Source: Rhodothermales bacterium (GTDB taxonomy: Bacteria > Bacteroidota > Rhodothermia > Rhodothermales > VXPQ01). Taken from it: a stretch of DNA of 64,000 nucleotides. Each line of letters opens with the position of its first letter. The first letter of the stretch is position 1. The stretch lies in the NCBI GenBank assembly GCA_965223485.1, contig OZ244993.1, forward strand, positions 177,438-241,437, given 5' to 3'. Positions 25,512 through 37,000 of this stretch are shown here, piece by piece. The notes beneath the pieces are model-generated. The model was not told where the DNA came from and made no database searches. It saw nothing but the letters and a program-made list of their open reading frames with translations. The position numbers and the translations under genes were made by a program.

Positions 25512-28500
25512 TTACTGCAATGTACTCTCCAGGGTTGTTGTCCGTTCTTTGTCCCCGGCGGCCCCTATGTCTCTTCTCGGCGCATCCCACTCAACGGACG
25601 CAGGCTCGGGTATTCGACTCGATCCCCAGGGCGCAAATCGTAAAAACACCACCTCTTCCTCAGGCATACGATCCAGCGGCACGCGTACGCGGCTGCGCGT
25701 GTACACCAGCGTCTCGCGACGACCCAGCTCGCGGCCCTGCCCGTCGTACGCCACCACCTCGCCCGCAAAAGGACGATCCTGCGTCTCCAGCAAAAACGTC
25801 GCCGACACAGAGCCCACATACGATATCGACAACAGTGTGGCGCGTAGCTGAGACACCCCTTCGCCAGGTACATAGACCCCCGGTACGCGCATCGTCACGC
25901 GAGCCGTCCTCTCTCCCGTAACCTCCTCAGGCATACGGTCCGAACGCACGTACTGACGAGGAGATGACACCACATCGAAAAACGCAGCGTAGCCCTGCTC
26001 CGACATCGACGCCAGCACTTCCTCCTGCACCCCGTAACGGACAAGGCCCTTCTCTCCAGGCATCAGAACCAGAACGCCCGGATGGACGTCCACCACCTGG
26101 GACAAATCGCCCAGGCGTGAGTCCGATGCATCCTCAACTACCACCTCCCGGCCGTCCTCGGTCGCCTCCGTATACCCGAAACGGGCCGACACCGATACCT
26201 CCAATGGCACCAGCGACGGGTTCGACAACTCGAACGCGCCGTGAGGCTTCCCTTCCGTCAAAAACGCAACGTCGGGGTAGATGCTCAGGTTCTGCTCCTC
26301 CGTCAAGCCCGCAGCAAGCTCCCGCGACGTGCTGAAGCGAACCCCTCCGGGACCTATCGTGATCACACGCTGCGAAGGAACGACCGTCACTTCCACCTCC
26401 ACCGAGTGCGTCTCTTCGCTCTCGCCCGAACGAAGAACGATGTCCATACTCCCCGCATACCGCCCCGAAGGCGCGCCCGCAAGGTCCAGCTCGCCTCCGA
26501 AGCGAAGAAGGCGGCAGGCGCCCTCCGTAAGCGTCGCCTCCGTATACAGCCCGCCTATCGCCTGAGAAGAAAGCTGCTCGCACGACTCCGCATACGACCA
26601 GGAAGGAGAAAGAACGAGCGAAGACGGCTCGGCAGCGCCCTCGCGCCTTAGCACGACCGGAGAAGCCAGCTCGATGGACAACGACATCTCCCCGTTCTCG
26701 TCAAGCGCTTCGCCGCCGCCCGGCGAAAGCGCCATGCGCCCCGCATGGTACGGACCCGATACGCGCGTCGATATGCCATCGGTCAGCGGATCGAGCGACA
26801 CCTCGGTCTGTGACGACTGCACCCCGAAACGCAAGGACGAGGCGCTTACCGTTACGCCAAGGGCCGTCGGATCCGAAGGCGCCCGTGAGGAAGACCCCGC
26901 TACGGGAGGCTCTTCTGCGGGAGGCGAAACAGGATCCGGGGCAGGCGTCCGTATCCTGTCGAGCACCGTTACGGTTACCTCTGCCGCAGCGTCTTCCGAA
27001 TTCGCCGCCGATACCGTCAGCGTGTATTCGTAGGTCTCGTCCTCGTCTACCTCATCCGGTACAAGGAACGTCGGGGAGGAAACGTCCACAGCGCTGAGCA
27101 GCGACGTATCCGGCGTATCGCCCCGAGCCGTCCAGGCGTACGTATACTGCGGGTTGTCGCCCGGAGCCGCCGATGCCTCACAGTCGAACGCGATGTCTGC
27201 CGATCCCTCGTATACCGAACCCGGATCCGCGCACGCCACCGCAAGCGCGCCCCGGTTCAAAACCGTCACCGTCACCTCTGCCGTCGCGTCTTCCGCATTC
27301 TCCGCCGAGACGGTCAGCAGGTACTCATAGGTCTCGTCCTCGTCCACCTCTTCCGGCACGTCGAATGTCGGGGTAGGGCCGTCCGCACCGCTGACGAGAA
27401 GCGCCGTATCCGACGTATCGCCCCGAGCCGCCCAGGCGTACGTATACTGCGGGTTGTCGCCCGGAGCCCCCGATGCCTCACAGTCGAACGCGATGTCTGC
27501 CGATCCCTCGTATACCGAACCCGGATCCGCGCACACGAGCGCAAGCGCCTCCTTATTCAGCACCGTCACCGAAACCTCGGCCGCAGCGTCCACCGCATTC
27601 TCCGCCGAGACGGTCAGCAGGTACTCGTACGTTTCGTCCTCGTCCACCTCCTCCGGCACGTCGAATGTCGGGGCGGGACCGTCCGCACCGGCAATAAGCA
27701 GGTCCGTGTTCGCCGTACTGTTCCTGGCCGTCCACTCATATTCGTAGGCGGAACCCGCAGGAGCGCCCGATGCAGCACAGTCGAACGCGATGTCTGCCGA
27801 TCCCTCGTATACCGAACCCGGATCCGCGCACACGAGCGCAAGCGCCTCCTTGTTCAGCACCGTCACCGAAACCTCGGCCGCAGCGTCCACCGCGTTCTCC
27901 GCCGAGACGGTCAGCAGGTACTCATAGGTCTCGTCCTCGTCCACCTCTTCCGGTACGTCGAATGTCGGGGTGGGGCCGTCCGCACCGCTGACAAGAAGCG
28001 CCGTATCCGGCGTATCGCCCTGCGCCGCCCAGGCGTACGTATACTGCGGGTTGTCGCCTGGAGCCCCGGATGCCGAGCAGTCGAACGCGATGTCTTCCGA
28101 TCCCTCGTATACCGAACCGGGATCCGCGCACACGAGCGCAAGCGCCACAGGAGGGGGGGTCGTGTCAATCACCCTCACCTCAACGGTCGCCTCGTCCGGA
28201 TGGTGGCCCCGCGCGGTAACCCTTACCGCATACACATAGGTCGTATCTCTGTCTACATCCCCGGGAACATTGAACCTGGGCGTGCCCGTGTCGTGACCCG
28301 TCAGTTTGTCGGTCGGAGACCACTGCCACGTATACGTATGCTCGAACCACGCACCGGACGCCTTGCAATCCAGATAGAAATCCGGATCGCCCTCGTTTAC
28401 CTCATAAAAGCTGTGCGAACAAGTAACGCTTAGCTCAGGCCTGTTCCGCACAACAACCGACACTCCTATCATCGTCAGAGTGAGAGGATCGGCATTCTCG

Positions 28501-31007
28501 GCCGACACCCTTAGCCGGTATGTGTAGTACATCGTGCGATCAGGGGTTGGACTCGCCATCGGTGCGGTAAATACCGCAGTCGCCATGTCGGTGCGATCCA
28601 GCGCAGCGAGAGCAGCCTCCTCCGATACATAGGCCGTGCGAACGGGAATCCAATTGAACGCGTAATCCGAGCCTGCCGGAGCGCCCCGGAAGCCACCCGG
28701 GCAGGGATCGAACCGGCGGATTTCGCCGGGAGATACTTCACCCTCATAACCCAGGTTCGATCCGGCACACGAGATATCCGGCTTCTCCAGCACGGTTACG
28801 GTAATGTCTTCGCTGGCCTGCTCGACGCCGCCGACCGTCATTGTAACCGTGTATTCGTAGTCCTTATCCGCTCCGTCCGGCTCATAGATATCGTCCGGTA
28901 CGAAAAACGTCGGCTTCAGGATAGTCGTGCCGCTCAACTGACTCGTACCCGACGTACTGCCGCGAGCCGCCCACATGTACGTAGCGCCCGTCGGCTCGTT
29001 CGTCACTGAACAGTCCAGCATAAAATCTTCCGAATCCTCGTATACCTCCGGTGACGTGTCCGTGCAGACCACGCTCAACGCCCTCTTGTTAAGCACCCTC
29101 ACCGTAATCTCGGCAGTGCCGTCTTCCGCATTGTCCTCGCTCACGGTCAGCGTATACGAGTACGTCTCGTTTTTTTCCACTGTCTCAGGTACAAGGAACG
29201 TCGGCGACACTACGTCGTCGGCGTCCAGGAGCGCCATCGCGGACGCATCGCCTGTCCACAAGTACGTGTAGTCCGGGCTATCGCCCGGAGCGCCCGACGC
29301 CGCGCAGTCGAACTCGAAATCATCCGTACCTTCGTATACCGGAGCAGGCGGTGCGCAAACGACATCGATCTCGTCGGATGTATTGATCACGGTTATCTTG
29401 TAATCGCTAACGTTAGGATCCGCATTCTCGGCCGACACGGTGAGCTTGTATTTGTAAATCTCATCTTTAGTAACCGCAGCGGGAACCAGAAAGAAAGGTC
29501 TGTAATCGTTCGCAGGATCCAAAAGCGAGAGCGCCGCCTCCGGCGTACTGCCCCGAACCGTCCATGTATACGTATACGAGGAACCCGCAGGAGCACCTTC
29601 CCAGTCTCTATGGCAACCGCCTATTCTACGAGGTCCATACCCTTCGGGAAACCCGTATTCACTGAACGTGTGATTCAGAGATGTCCCCCTGCAATTGATA
29701 TCCGGTTTCTCCAGCACGGTTACGGTAACGTCTTCGCCGGCCTGCTCGACGCCGCCGACCGTCATTGTCACCGTGTATTCGTAGTCCTTATTCGCTTCGC
29801 GCGGCTCGTCAATATCGCCCGGCACGGAAAACGTCGGCGTGAGGCTGTCCGTATTCGTCAACCGATCGGCGATGTCCGTACCCGTCCAACTGTACATAGC
29901 GCCCGACGGCTCGTTCGTCACCGAACAGTCCAACGTAAAATCGGCCGCACCCTCGTAGACCTCGCTATCTGCGCAGGTGAGCGAAGGCGCCGCCGCACCC
30001 GTTGAGGCAACTTCCCGATCCGCGACTCTGACTCTGACCGTGACCCTGCGCCTTGCCGTGCGGGGGAGACCCGAAGAAGACGACGTCATGCTCGCTATGT
30101 AATGGTACTCCTCGCCCGCGCTGCCGGCAGGAGCCGTAAACAGCGCAGACGACAGGTCCGTCGCATCCAGAAGCGACGTGCTCGCACCCCAAAGACCCTC
30201 CCACTCCCACAATATCGACGCCCCGTCCTCGTCGTAGTCCATACGATGCGACAACGGATCCGCCCCCTCGCAATCGAGCTGAGTCGTCTCGCCCTCCTCA
30301 ACCGCTACCTCCAGGGGACAATACACGCTCGGACGACTGCCCGATACGTACACCTCCACTTCCCGCCACGACGAAAGACCCGTAGCACGAGACGTCGCCG
30401 TCAAGCGGTACCGGTAAAGAAACGTCGTCTCCCCCGAACGGAACGACTCCAGCGTCTCGTACGCCGGAATCTCCGGAGCCACTACCAACGGGTTCGGCGC
30501 ATCCTCGGGTATCAAACGAGGATTGTCCAGGTAGTCCCGCGTCGTACTTCCTGCAGGCTCCCACGAATATTCGAGATACTCCTCTCCCGAAGCGTCCCAT
30601 GCATGACACTCGACCTGTCCCGTCTCGAGCTCCTCCAGAAAAACAGCCGCGGGACACTCCAGACGAGGAGGCGTCCGCCAGGCGGGACCGGAAGGCTCGC
30701 CCGGGCGCGCTTCTGCTTCCGGACCGAATCCGAAAGGATCCGGCGTCTTCTCCCGCGGCGCGCAGCTTTCCCCGAACTCGTCGGGAACCGTAAAAGGATC
30801 GCACTCCCGCACAACGGGCGCCTTCGCCGATTCCTCCGCAACGCCGCCCTTTACCGGAAAACCCTCTTCCCGGATAACCTGACCCTGCGCCGAAGAAACG
30901 CAGAGCAGCCCCGCAACGGCAAGCACGCACGCCAGGCGCCGAAACGCGATGGCGTTGCAGAAACTGCGATCGCCGTCAAACAGGATAACGGGGCGGGGAT
31001 CGTTCAT
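25512..31007 (-). CDS. Giant secreted Ig/PKD-like repeat protein, paralog B (~1,830 aa) with a chimeric DCC-derived N-terminus.
   Basis: Track ORF 25512..31130. I place the start at the ATG at 31007 (MNDPRPVILFDGDRSFCNAIAFRRLACVLAVAGLLCVSSAQG/QVIREEGFPVKGG), 45 bp after the stop of A. The C-terminal module is 25512-26960. There are four regular modules and about six irregular ones. The N-terminal ~390 aa are collinear with D. Confidence 0.88.
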   Translation of the reverse strand: MNDPRPVILFDGDRSFCNAIAFRRLACVLAVAGLLCVSSAQGQVIREEGFPVKGGVAEESAKAPVVRECDPFTVPDEFGESCAPREKTPDPFGFGPEAEARPGEPSGPAWRTPPRLECPAAVFLEELETGQVECHAWDASGEEYLEYSWEPAGSTTRDYLDNPRLIPEDAPNPLVVAPEIPAYETLESFRSGETTFLYRYRLTATSRATGLSSWREVEVYVSGSRPSVYCPLEVAVEEGETTQLDCEGADPLSHRMDYDEDGASILWEWEGLWGASTSLLDATDLSSALFTAPAGSAGEEYHYIASMTSSSSGLPRTARRRVTVRVRVADREVASTGAAAPSLTCADSEVYEGAADFTLDCSVTNEPSGAMYSWTGTDIADRLTNTDSLTPTFSVPGDIDEPREANKDYEYTVTMTVGGVEQAGEDVTVTVLEKPDINCRGTSLNHTFSEYGFPEGYGPRRIGGCHRDWEGAPAGSSYTYTWTVRGSTPEAALSLLDPANDYRPFFLVPAAVTKDEIYKYKLTVSAENADPNVSDYKITVINTSDEIDVVCAPPAPVYEGTDDFEFDCAASGAPGDSPDYTYLWTGDASAMALLDADDVVSPTFLVPETVEKNETYSYTLTVSEDNAEDGTAEITVRVLNKRALSVVCTDTSPEVYEDSEDFMLDCSVTNEPTGATYMWAARGSTSGTSQLSGTTILKPTFFVPDDIYEPDGADKDYEYTVTMTVGGVEQASEDITVTVLEKPDISCAGSNLGYEGEVSPGEIRRFDPCPGGFRGAPAGSDYAFNWIPVRTAYVSEEAALAALDRTDMATAVFTAPMASPTPDRTMYYTYRLRVSAENADPLTLTMIGVSVVVRNRPELSVTCSHSFYEVNEGDPDFYLDCKASGAWFEHTYTWQWSPTDKLTGHDTGTPRFNVPGDVDRDTTYVYAVRVTARGHHPDEATVEVRVIDTTPPPVALALVCADPGSVYEGSEDIAFDCSASGAPGDNPQYTYAWAAQGDTPDTALLVSGADGPTPTFDVPEEVDEDETYEYLLTVSAENAVDAAAEVSVTVLNKEALALVCADPGSVYEGSADIAFDCAASGAPAGSAYEYEWTARNSTANTDLLIAGADGPAPTFDVPEEVDEDETYEYLLTVSAENAVDAAAEVSVTVLNKEALALVCADPGSVYEGSADIAFDCEASGAPGDNPQYTYAWAARGDTSDTALLVSGADGPTPTFDVPEEVDEDETYEYLLTVSAENAEDATAEVTVTVLNRGALAVACADPGSVYEGSADIAFDCEASAAPGDNPQYTYAWTARGDTPDTSLLSAVDVSSPTFLVPDEVDEDETYEYTLTVSAANSEDAAAEVTVTVLDRIRTPAPDPVSPPAEEPPVAGSSSRAPSDPTALGVTVSASSLRFGVQSSQTEVSLDPLTDGISTRVSGPYHAGRMALSPGGGEALDENGEMSLSIELASPVVLRREGAAEPSSLVLSPSWSYAESCEQLSSQAIGGLYTEATLTEGACRLLRFGGELDLAGAPSGRYAGSMDIVLRSGESEETHSVEVEVTVVPSQRVITIGPGGVRFSTSRELAAGLTEEQNLSIYPDVAFLTEGKPHGAFELSNPSLVPLEVSVSARFGYTEATEDGREVVVEDASDSRLGDLSQVVDVHPGVLVLMPGEKGLVRYGVQEEVLASMSEQGYAAFFDVVSSPRQYVRSDRMPEEVTGERTARVTMRVPGVYVPGEGVSQLRATLLSISYVGSVSATFLLETQDRPFAGEVVAYDGQGRELGRRETLVYTRSRVRVPLDRMPEEEVVFLRFAPWGSSRIPEPASVEWDAPRRDIGAAGDKERTTTLESTLQ
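26961..28150 (-). repeat. Four regular 294-297-bp in-frame repeat units in paralog B.
   Basis: Protein repeats LALVCADPGSVYEGSADIAFDC(A/E)ASGAPGDNPQYTYAW... x4. Shadow ORFs recur with this period. Confidence 0.85.
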
Positions 31008-31051
31008 CGGATCGGCCTTACATGGCGATCGACTCTGAGATATCCAACGGT
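30954..31051 (-). other. DCC-gene-derived junction between paralogs A and B: 44-bp spacer plus the first 18 codons of B.
   Basis: Aligns to 25414-25511 (intact DCC start plus upstream spacer) and to 5380-5477. Confidence 0.85.
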
Positions 31052-34000
31052 TCATTGCAATGCGCTCTTCGGGATTGTTCTCCGTTCTTTGTCCCCGGCG
31101 GCCCCTATGTCTCTTCTCGGCGCATCCCACTCAACGGACGCAGGCTCGGGTACTCGACTCGATCCCCAGGGCGCAAATCGTAAAAACACCACCTCTTCCT
31201 CAGGCATACGATCCAGCGGCACGCGCACCCGGCTGCGCGTGTACACCAGCGTCTCCCGGCGGCCCAGCTCGCGGCCCTGCCCGTCGTACGCCACCACCTC
31301 GCCCGCAAAAGGACGATCCTGCGTCTCCAGCAAAAACGTCGCCGACATGGAAACCCCATACGACAACGACAACAGCGTGGCCCGTAGCTGAGACGCGCCT
31401 TCGCCGGGTACGTACACCCCCGGAACGCGCATCGTCACGCGAGCCGTCCTCTCTCCCGTAACCTCCTCCGGCATACGGTCCGAACGCACGTACTGACGAG
31501 GAGATGACACCACATCGAAAAACGCCGCATAGCCCTTCTCCGCCATAGCCGCAAGCGCTCCCTCCTGCACCCCGTAACGGACAAGGCCCTTCTCACCAGG
31601 CTGCAATACCACAACCGCCGGATGTATGTCCACCACCTGGGACAAATCGCCCAGGCGTGAGTCCGAAGCATCCTCTACCACCACCTCCCGGCCGTCCTCG
31701 GTCGCCTCCGTATACCCGAATCGAGCAGACACCGACACCTCCAGCGGAATGAGCGACGGATTCGACAACTCGAACGCGCCGTGAGGCTTCCCTTCCGTCA
31801 AAAACGCAACATCGGGATAGATGCTCAGGTTCTGCTCCTCCGTCAAGCCCGCAGCAAGCTCACGTGATGTGCCGAAGCGAACCCCTCCGGGGCCTATCGT
31901 GATCACGCGCTGCGCGGGAACGACCGTCACTTCGACCTCCACCGAGTGCGTCTCTTCGCTCTCGCCCGAGCGAAGAACCACGTCCATAGCGCCCGCATAC
32001 CGCCCCGAAGGCGCGCCCGTAAGGTCCAGTTCGCCTCCGAAGCGAAGAAGGCGGCAGGCGCCCTCCGTAAGCGTCGCCTCCGTATACAGCCCGCCTATCG
32101 CCTGAGAAGAAAGCTGCTCGCACGACTCCGCATACGACCAGGAAGGAGAAAGAACGAGCGAAGACGGCCCGGCAGCGTCCTCGCGCTTCAGAAGAACCGG
32201 AGCGACAACCTCTATGGAAAGATCCATCTCCCCGTTCTCGTCGAACGATGCGCCGCCGCCCGGCGAAAGCGTCATGCGCCCCGCATGGTACGGACCCGAT
32301 ACGCGCGTCGATATGCCATCGGTCAGCGGATCGAGCGACGCCCGTGTCTGTGACGACTGCACCCCGAAACGCAAGGACGATGCGCTTACCGTTACGCCAA
32401 GAGCCGACGGCTCGGAAGGCTCCCGTGCCGATGAAGACGCCAGAGGAGGAGAATCCACGGGAGGCGAAACAGGATCCGGGGCAGGCGTCCGTATCCTGTC
32501 GAGCACCGTTACGGTTACCTCTGCCGCAGCGTCTTCCGCATTGTCGGCGCTTACCGTCAGCGTGTACTCGTAGGTCTCGTCTTCTTCCACCTCTTCCGGC
32601 ACATAGAACGTCGGCGAGGAAACGTCCGCAGCGCTAAGCAGCGCCGTATTTGTCGTAGAGCCTCGGGCCGTCCAGGCGTATTCGTAGGCAGAGCCCGCAG
32701 GAGCCCCCGAAGCCGAGCAATCCAGAGCGAAGTCCTCCGAGCCCTCATAGACCGAAGGCGGATCCACACATACCACGCTCAAGGCGCCCCGGTTCAGCAC
32801 CGTCACGGTCACCTCTGCCGAACCGGACTCCGCATTCTCCGCCGAGACGGTCAAAAGGTACTCGTAGGTTTCGTCCTCCTCCACTTCCTCCGGCACGTAG
32901 AACATCGGGGAGGAAACGTCCGCAGCGCTGAGCAGCGCCGTATCCGGCGTATCGCCCCGAGCCGTCCACGCGTACGTATACTGCGGGTCGTCGCCCGGAG
33001 CCCCGGACGCCGAGCAGTCGAACGCGATGTCTGCCGAACCCTCGTACACCAGGGGAGGCGATGCGCAAACGAGCGCAATGGATCCGAGGTTAAGCACCTT
33101 CACCGTTACCTCTGCCGTTGCGGGATCCGCATTCTCCGCCGAAACCGTAAGCAGGTATTCGTAGGTCTCGTCCTCGTCTACCTCCTCCGGTACGTAGAAC
33201 ATCGGGGAGGAAACGTCCACAGCGCTGAGCAGCGACGTATCCGGCGTATCGCCCTGCGCCGTCCATTCGTACACGTAGTCGGAACCCGAAGGCGCACCCG
33301 AAGCCGAGCAGTCCAGATCGAAATCCGCCGCGCCTTCGTATACCAAAGGAGGGGGCGCACACGCAACAGCCAGCGTGCCGCGGTTAAGCACCTTCACCGT
33401 TACCTCTGCCGTCGCATCCACCGCATTATCCGCCGAGACCGTAAGCAGGTACTCGTACGTCGTCGTCGCATCCAATGCATCCGGCACCGAAAACGTCGGG
33501 GTGGGACCGTCCGCGCCGCTGATGAGCCGATCCGTGTTCGCTATTGCGCCCCGATCCGTCCAGACGTACGTATACCCGGAACCCCCAGGAGCGCCCGAAG
33601 CCGCGCAGTCCAGGGCGAAGTCCTCCGATCCCTCATACACCGGAGAAGGCGTCGCGCACGCAACATCCAATGTCTTCTTGTTCAGCACCGTCACAGTCAC
33701 TCTGGCCGAAGAAGACTCCGCATTCGCCGCCGATGCCGTCAACAGGTACTCGTAGGTCGTCGTCTCGTCCAACGCATCCGGCACGTAGAACGTCGGAGAA
33801 GATATGTCCACGGCGCTCAATCGGGACGTGTTCGGCGTCGCGCCTATGGCTGCCCACTCGTACGCATAATCGACGTCCCCCGTATCCCCTGAGACCGAGC
33901 AGTCCAACGCGAAGTCTTCCGAACCCTCGTACACCAGGGGAGGCGATGCGCAAACGAGCGCAATGGATCCGAGGTTAAGCACCTTCACCGTTACCTCTGC

Positions 34001-37000
34001 CGTCGCATCCACCGCATTATCCGCCGAGACCGTAAGCAGGTACTCGTACGTCGTCGTCGCATCCAATGCATCCGGCACCGAAAACGTCGGGGCGGGACCG
34101 TCCGCGCCGCTGATGAGCCGATCCGTGTTCGCTGTTGCGCCCCGATCCGTCCAGACGTACGTGTACTCGGAACCCGCCGGAGCCCCGGACGCCGAGCAGT
34201 CGAACGCGAAGTCTTCCGAGCCTTCGTATACCGAACCGGGGTCCGCACACGCAAGCGCAAGAGCGCCCTTGTTCAGCACCTTCACCCTAACGAGCGCCAC
34301 CGCAGACTCCGCATTCTCAGCGCTCACCCTCAACCTGTACTCGTAGGTTGTCGTTTGCGGCACGTCGTCCGGCACATGGAACGTCGGCGACGCTATGTCC
34401 GTCGCGCTCAAGAGACCCGTGTCCGGCTTGCCGCCCTGAGCTATCCACGAGTACACGTAGGCGGAACCCCCGGGAGCGCCCGAAGCCTCGCAGTCGAACG
34501 CAACGTCCTCCGATCCCTCGTACACCGAACCGGGATCCGCGCACACGAGCGCAAGAGCGCCCTTGTTCAGCACCTTCACCCTAACGAGCGCCACCGCAGA
34601 CTCCGCATTCTCAGCGCTCACCCTCAACCTGTACTCGTAGGTTGTCGTTTGCGGCACGTCGTCCGGCACATGGAACGTCGGCGACGCTATGTCCGTCGCG
34701 CTCAAGAGACCCGTGTCCGGCTTGCCGCCCTGAGCTATCCACGAGTACACGTAGGCGGAACCCCCGGGAGCGCCCGAAGCCGCGCAGTCGAATGCGAAGT
34801 CCTCCGAGCCCTCGTAGACCGAACCGGGGTCCGCACACGCAAGCGCAAGAGCACCCTTGTTCAGCACCTTCACGGTAACGTCGGCGCTGGCGGGATCCGC
34901 ATTCTCCGCCGAGACGGTCAGCGTGTATTCGTACGTTGTCGTCGCATCTACCTCCTCCGGCACGGCAAACACCGGGGAAGCAATGTCCGCCCTGCTAAGC
35001 ATATCCGTATTTGTCGTAGAGCCTCTGGCCGTCCAGGCGTATCCGTAGGTAGAACCCCCGGGCGCGCCCGAAGCCGCGCAGTCCAACGCGAAGTCCTCAG
35101 ATCCCTCGTAGACCGAACCGGGGTCCGCACACGCAAGCGCAAGCGCACCCTTGTTCAGCACCGTCACGGTAACGTCGGCGCTGGCGGGATCCGCATTCTC
35201 CGCCGAGACGGTCAGCGTGTATTCGTACGTTGTCGTCGCATCTACCTCCTCCGGCACGGCAAACACCGGGGAAGCAATGTCCGCCCTGCTAAGCATATCC
35301 GTATTTGTCGTAGAGCCTCTGGCCGTCCAGGCGTATCCGTAGGTAGAACCCCCAGGCGCGCCCGAAGCCGTGCAGTCCAACGCGAAGTCCTCCGAACCTT
35401 CGTACACCAAGGGGGGCGATGCGCAAACGAGCGCAATGGAGCCAAGGTTAAGCACCGTCACGGTCACCTCCGCCGAAGCGGACTCCGCATTCTCCGCGCT
35501 CGCCGTAAGCAGGTACTCGTACGTCGTCGTCTCGTCCAACGCATCCGGCACGTAGAACGTCGGAGAAGGTATGTCCGCGGCGCTCAATCGGGACGTGTTC
35601 GGCGTCGCGCCTATGGCTGCCCACTCGTACACATAATCGACGTCCCCCGTATCCCCTGAGACCGAGCAGTCCAAAGCGAAGTCTTCCGAACCCTCGTACA
35701 CCAAGGGAGGCGATGCGCAAACGAGCGCAATGGATCCAAGGTTAAGCACCTTCACCGTCACTTCCGCCGTCGCGGACTCCGCATTCTCCGCCGAAACCGT
35801 CAACAGGTACTCGTACGTTTCGTCCTCGTCCACTTCCTCCGGCACGTCGAATGTCGGGGCGGGGTCATCCACGCCGCTGATTAGAAGGTCCGTGTTTGCC
35901 GTACTTCCCCGGGCTGTCCAGACGTATTCGTAGTCGGAACCCGAAGGGGCACCCGAAGCCGCGCAGTCCAAAGCGAAGTCCTCCGATCCTTCGTACACTG
36001 GAGAAGGCGTTGCGCACGCAAGATCCAACGCCTTCTTGTTCAGCACCGTCACCGTAACATCCTCTGTCGCGGACTCCGCATTATCGGCGCTTACCGTCAG
36101 CGTATATTCGTATGTTTCGTCGCTGTCCACCTCGTCCGGCACGTGGAAGGTCGGCTTCTCAACGGTCGTACTGCTCAACTGGCCCGGGACCACGGTACTG
36201 CCCCGTGCCGTCCATTCGTACACATAGTCGGAACCCGAAGGCGCACCCGAAGCAGAGCAGTTCAGGTCGAAGTCCGCCGAGCCTTCGTACACCGGAGCGG
36301 GAGAAGTACATACCAGGGTGAGGGTCGCCTTTTTCAGCACCTTCACCGTAACATCCTCTGTCGCGGACTCCGCATTATCGGCGCTTACCGTCAGCGTATA
36401 TTCGTATGTTTCGTCGCCGTCCACCTCGTCCGGCACGTGGAAGGTCGGCTTCTCAACGGTCGTACTGCTCAACCTGCTCGTGTCGCCGCCGCCCCGGGCT
36501 GTCCATGCGTACACATAGTCGGAATCCGAAGGCTTACCTGTCGCCTCGCAGTCCAGCAAAATATCGCCCTCCCCCTCATAGGCGCCGTAGGGGTCGCCGG
36601 GGCACGTAACCGTTATCGAAGGCTTGTTCTTCACCGTCACCGTAACGTTGGCGAAGCCGTCCTCCGCATTGTCCGCCGAGACGGTCAGCGTGTATTCGTA
36701 CGTCTCGTCGCTGTTTACACTGCCCGGCGCCTCGAACGTCGGCTGCTCAATAGTCGTACTGCTCAACCTGCTCGTGTCGCCGCCCCGGGCTGTCCATGCG
36801 TACACATATTCGGAATCCGAAGGCTTACCTGTCGCCTTGCAGTCCAGCAAAATATCGCCCTCCCCCTCATAGGCGCCGTAGGAGTCGCCGGGGCACGTAA
36901 CCGTTATCGAAGGCTTGTTCTTCACCGTCACCACAACGACCGCCGAAGCAGGGATGCTATTACCATCCGTAGACGTAACCGTCAGCCTATAAGAATACAC

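Noticed and set aside
31008-31130. N-terminal extensions of track ORFs (MGCAEKRHRGRRGQRT... at 25512..31130 and 25012..25590; MSPGFVGRCG... and MYIYIIKGDLSPGF... for C and A).
   Set aside because: The extensions overlap the 3' end of the upstream giant gene or run through the TA microsatellite. Some begin at non-ATG codons (TTG at 14225). None has signal-peptide character. Internal ATGs at 31007, 25467, 14180 and 40414 give canonical N-termini.
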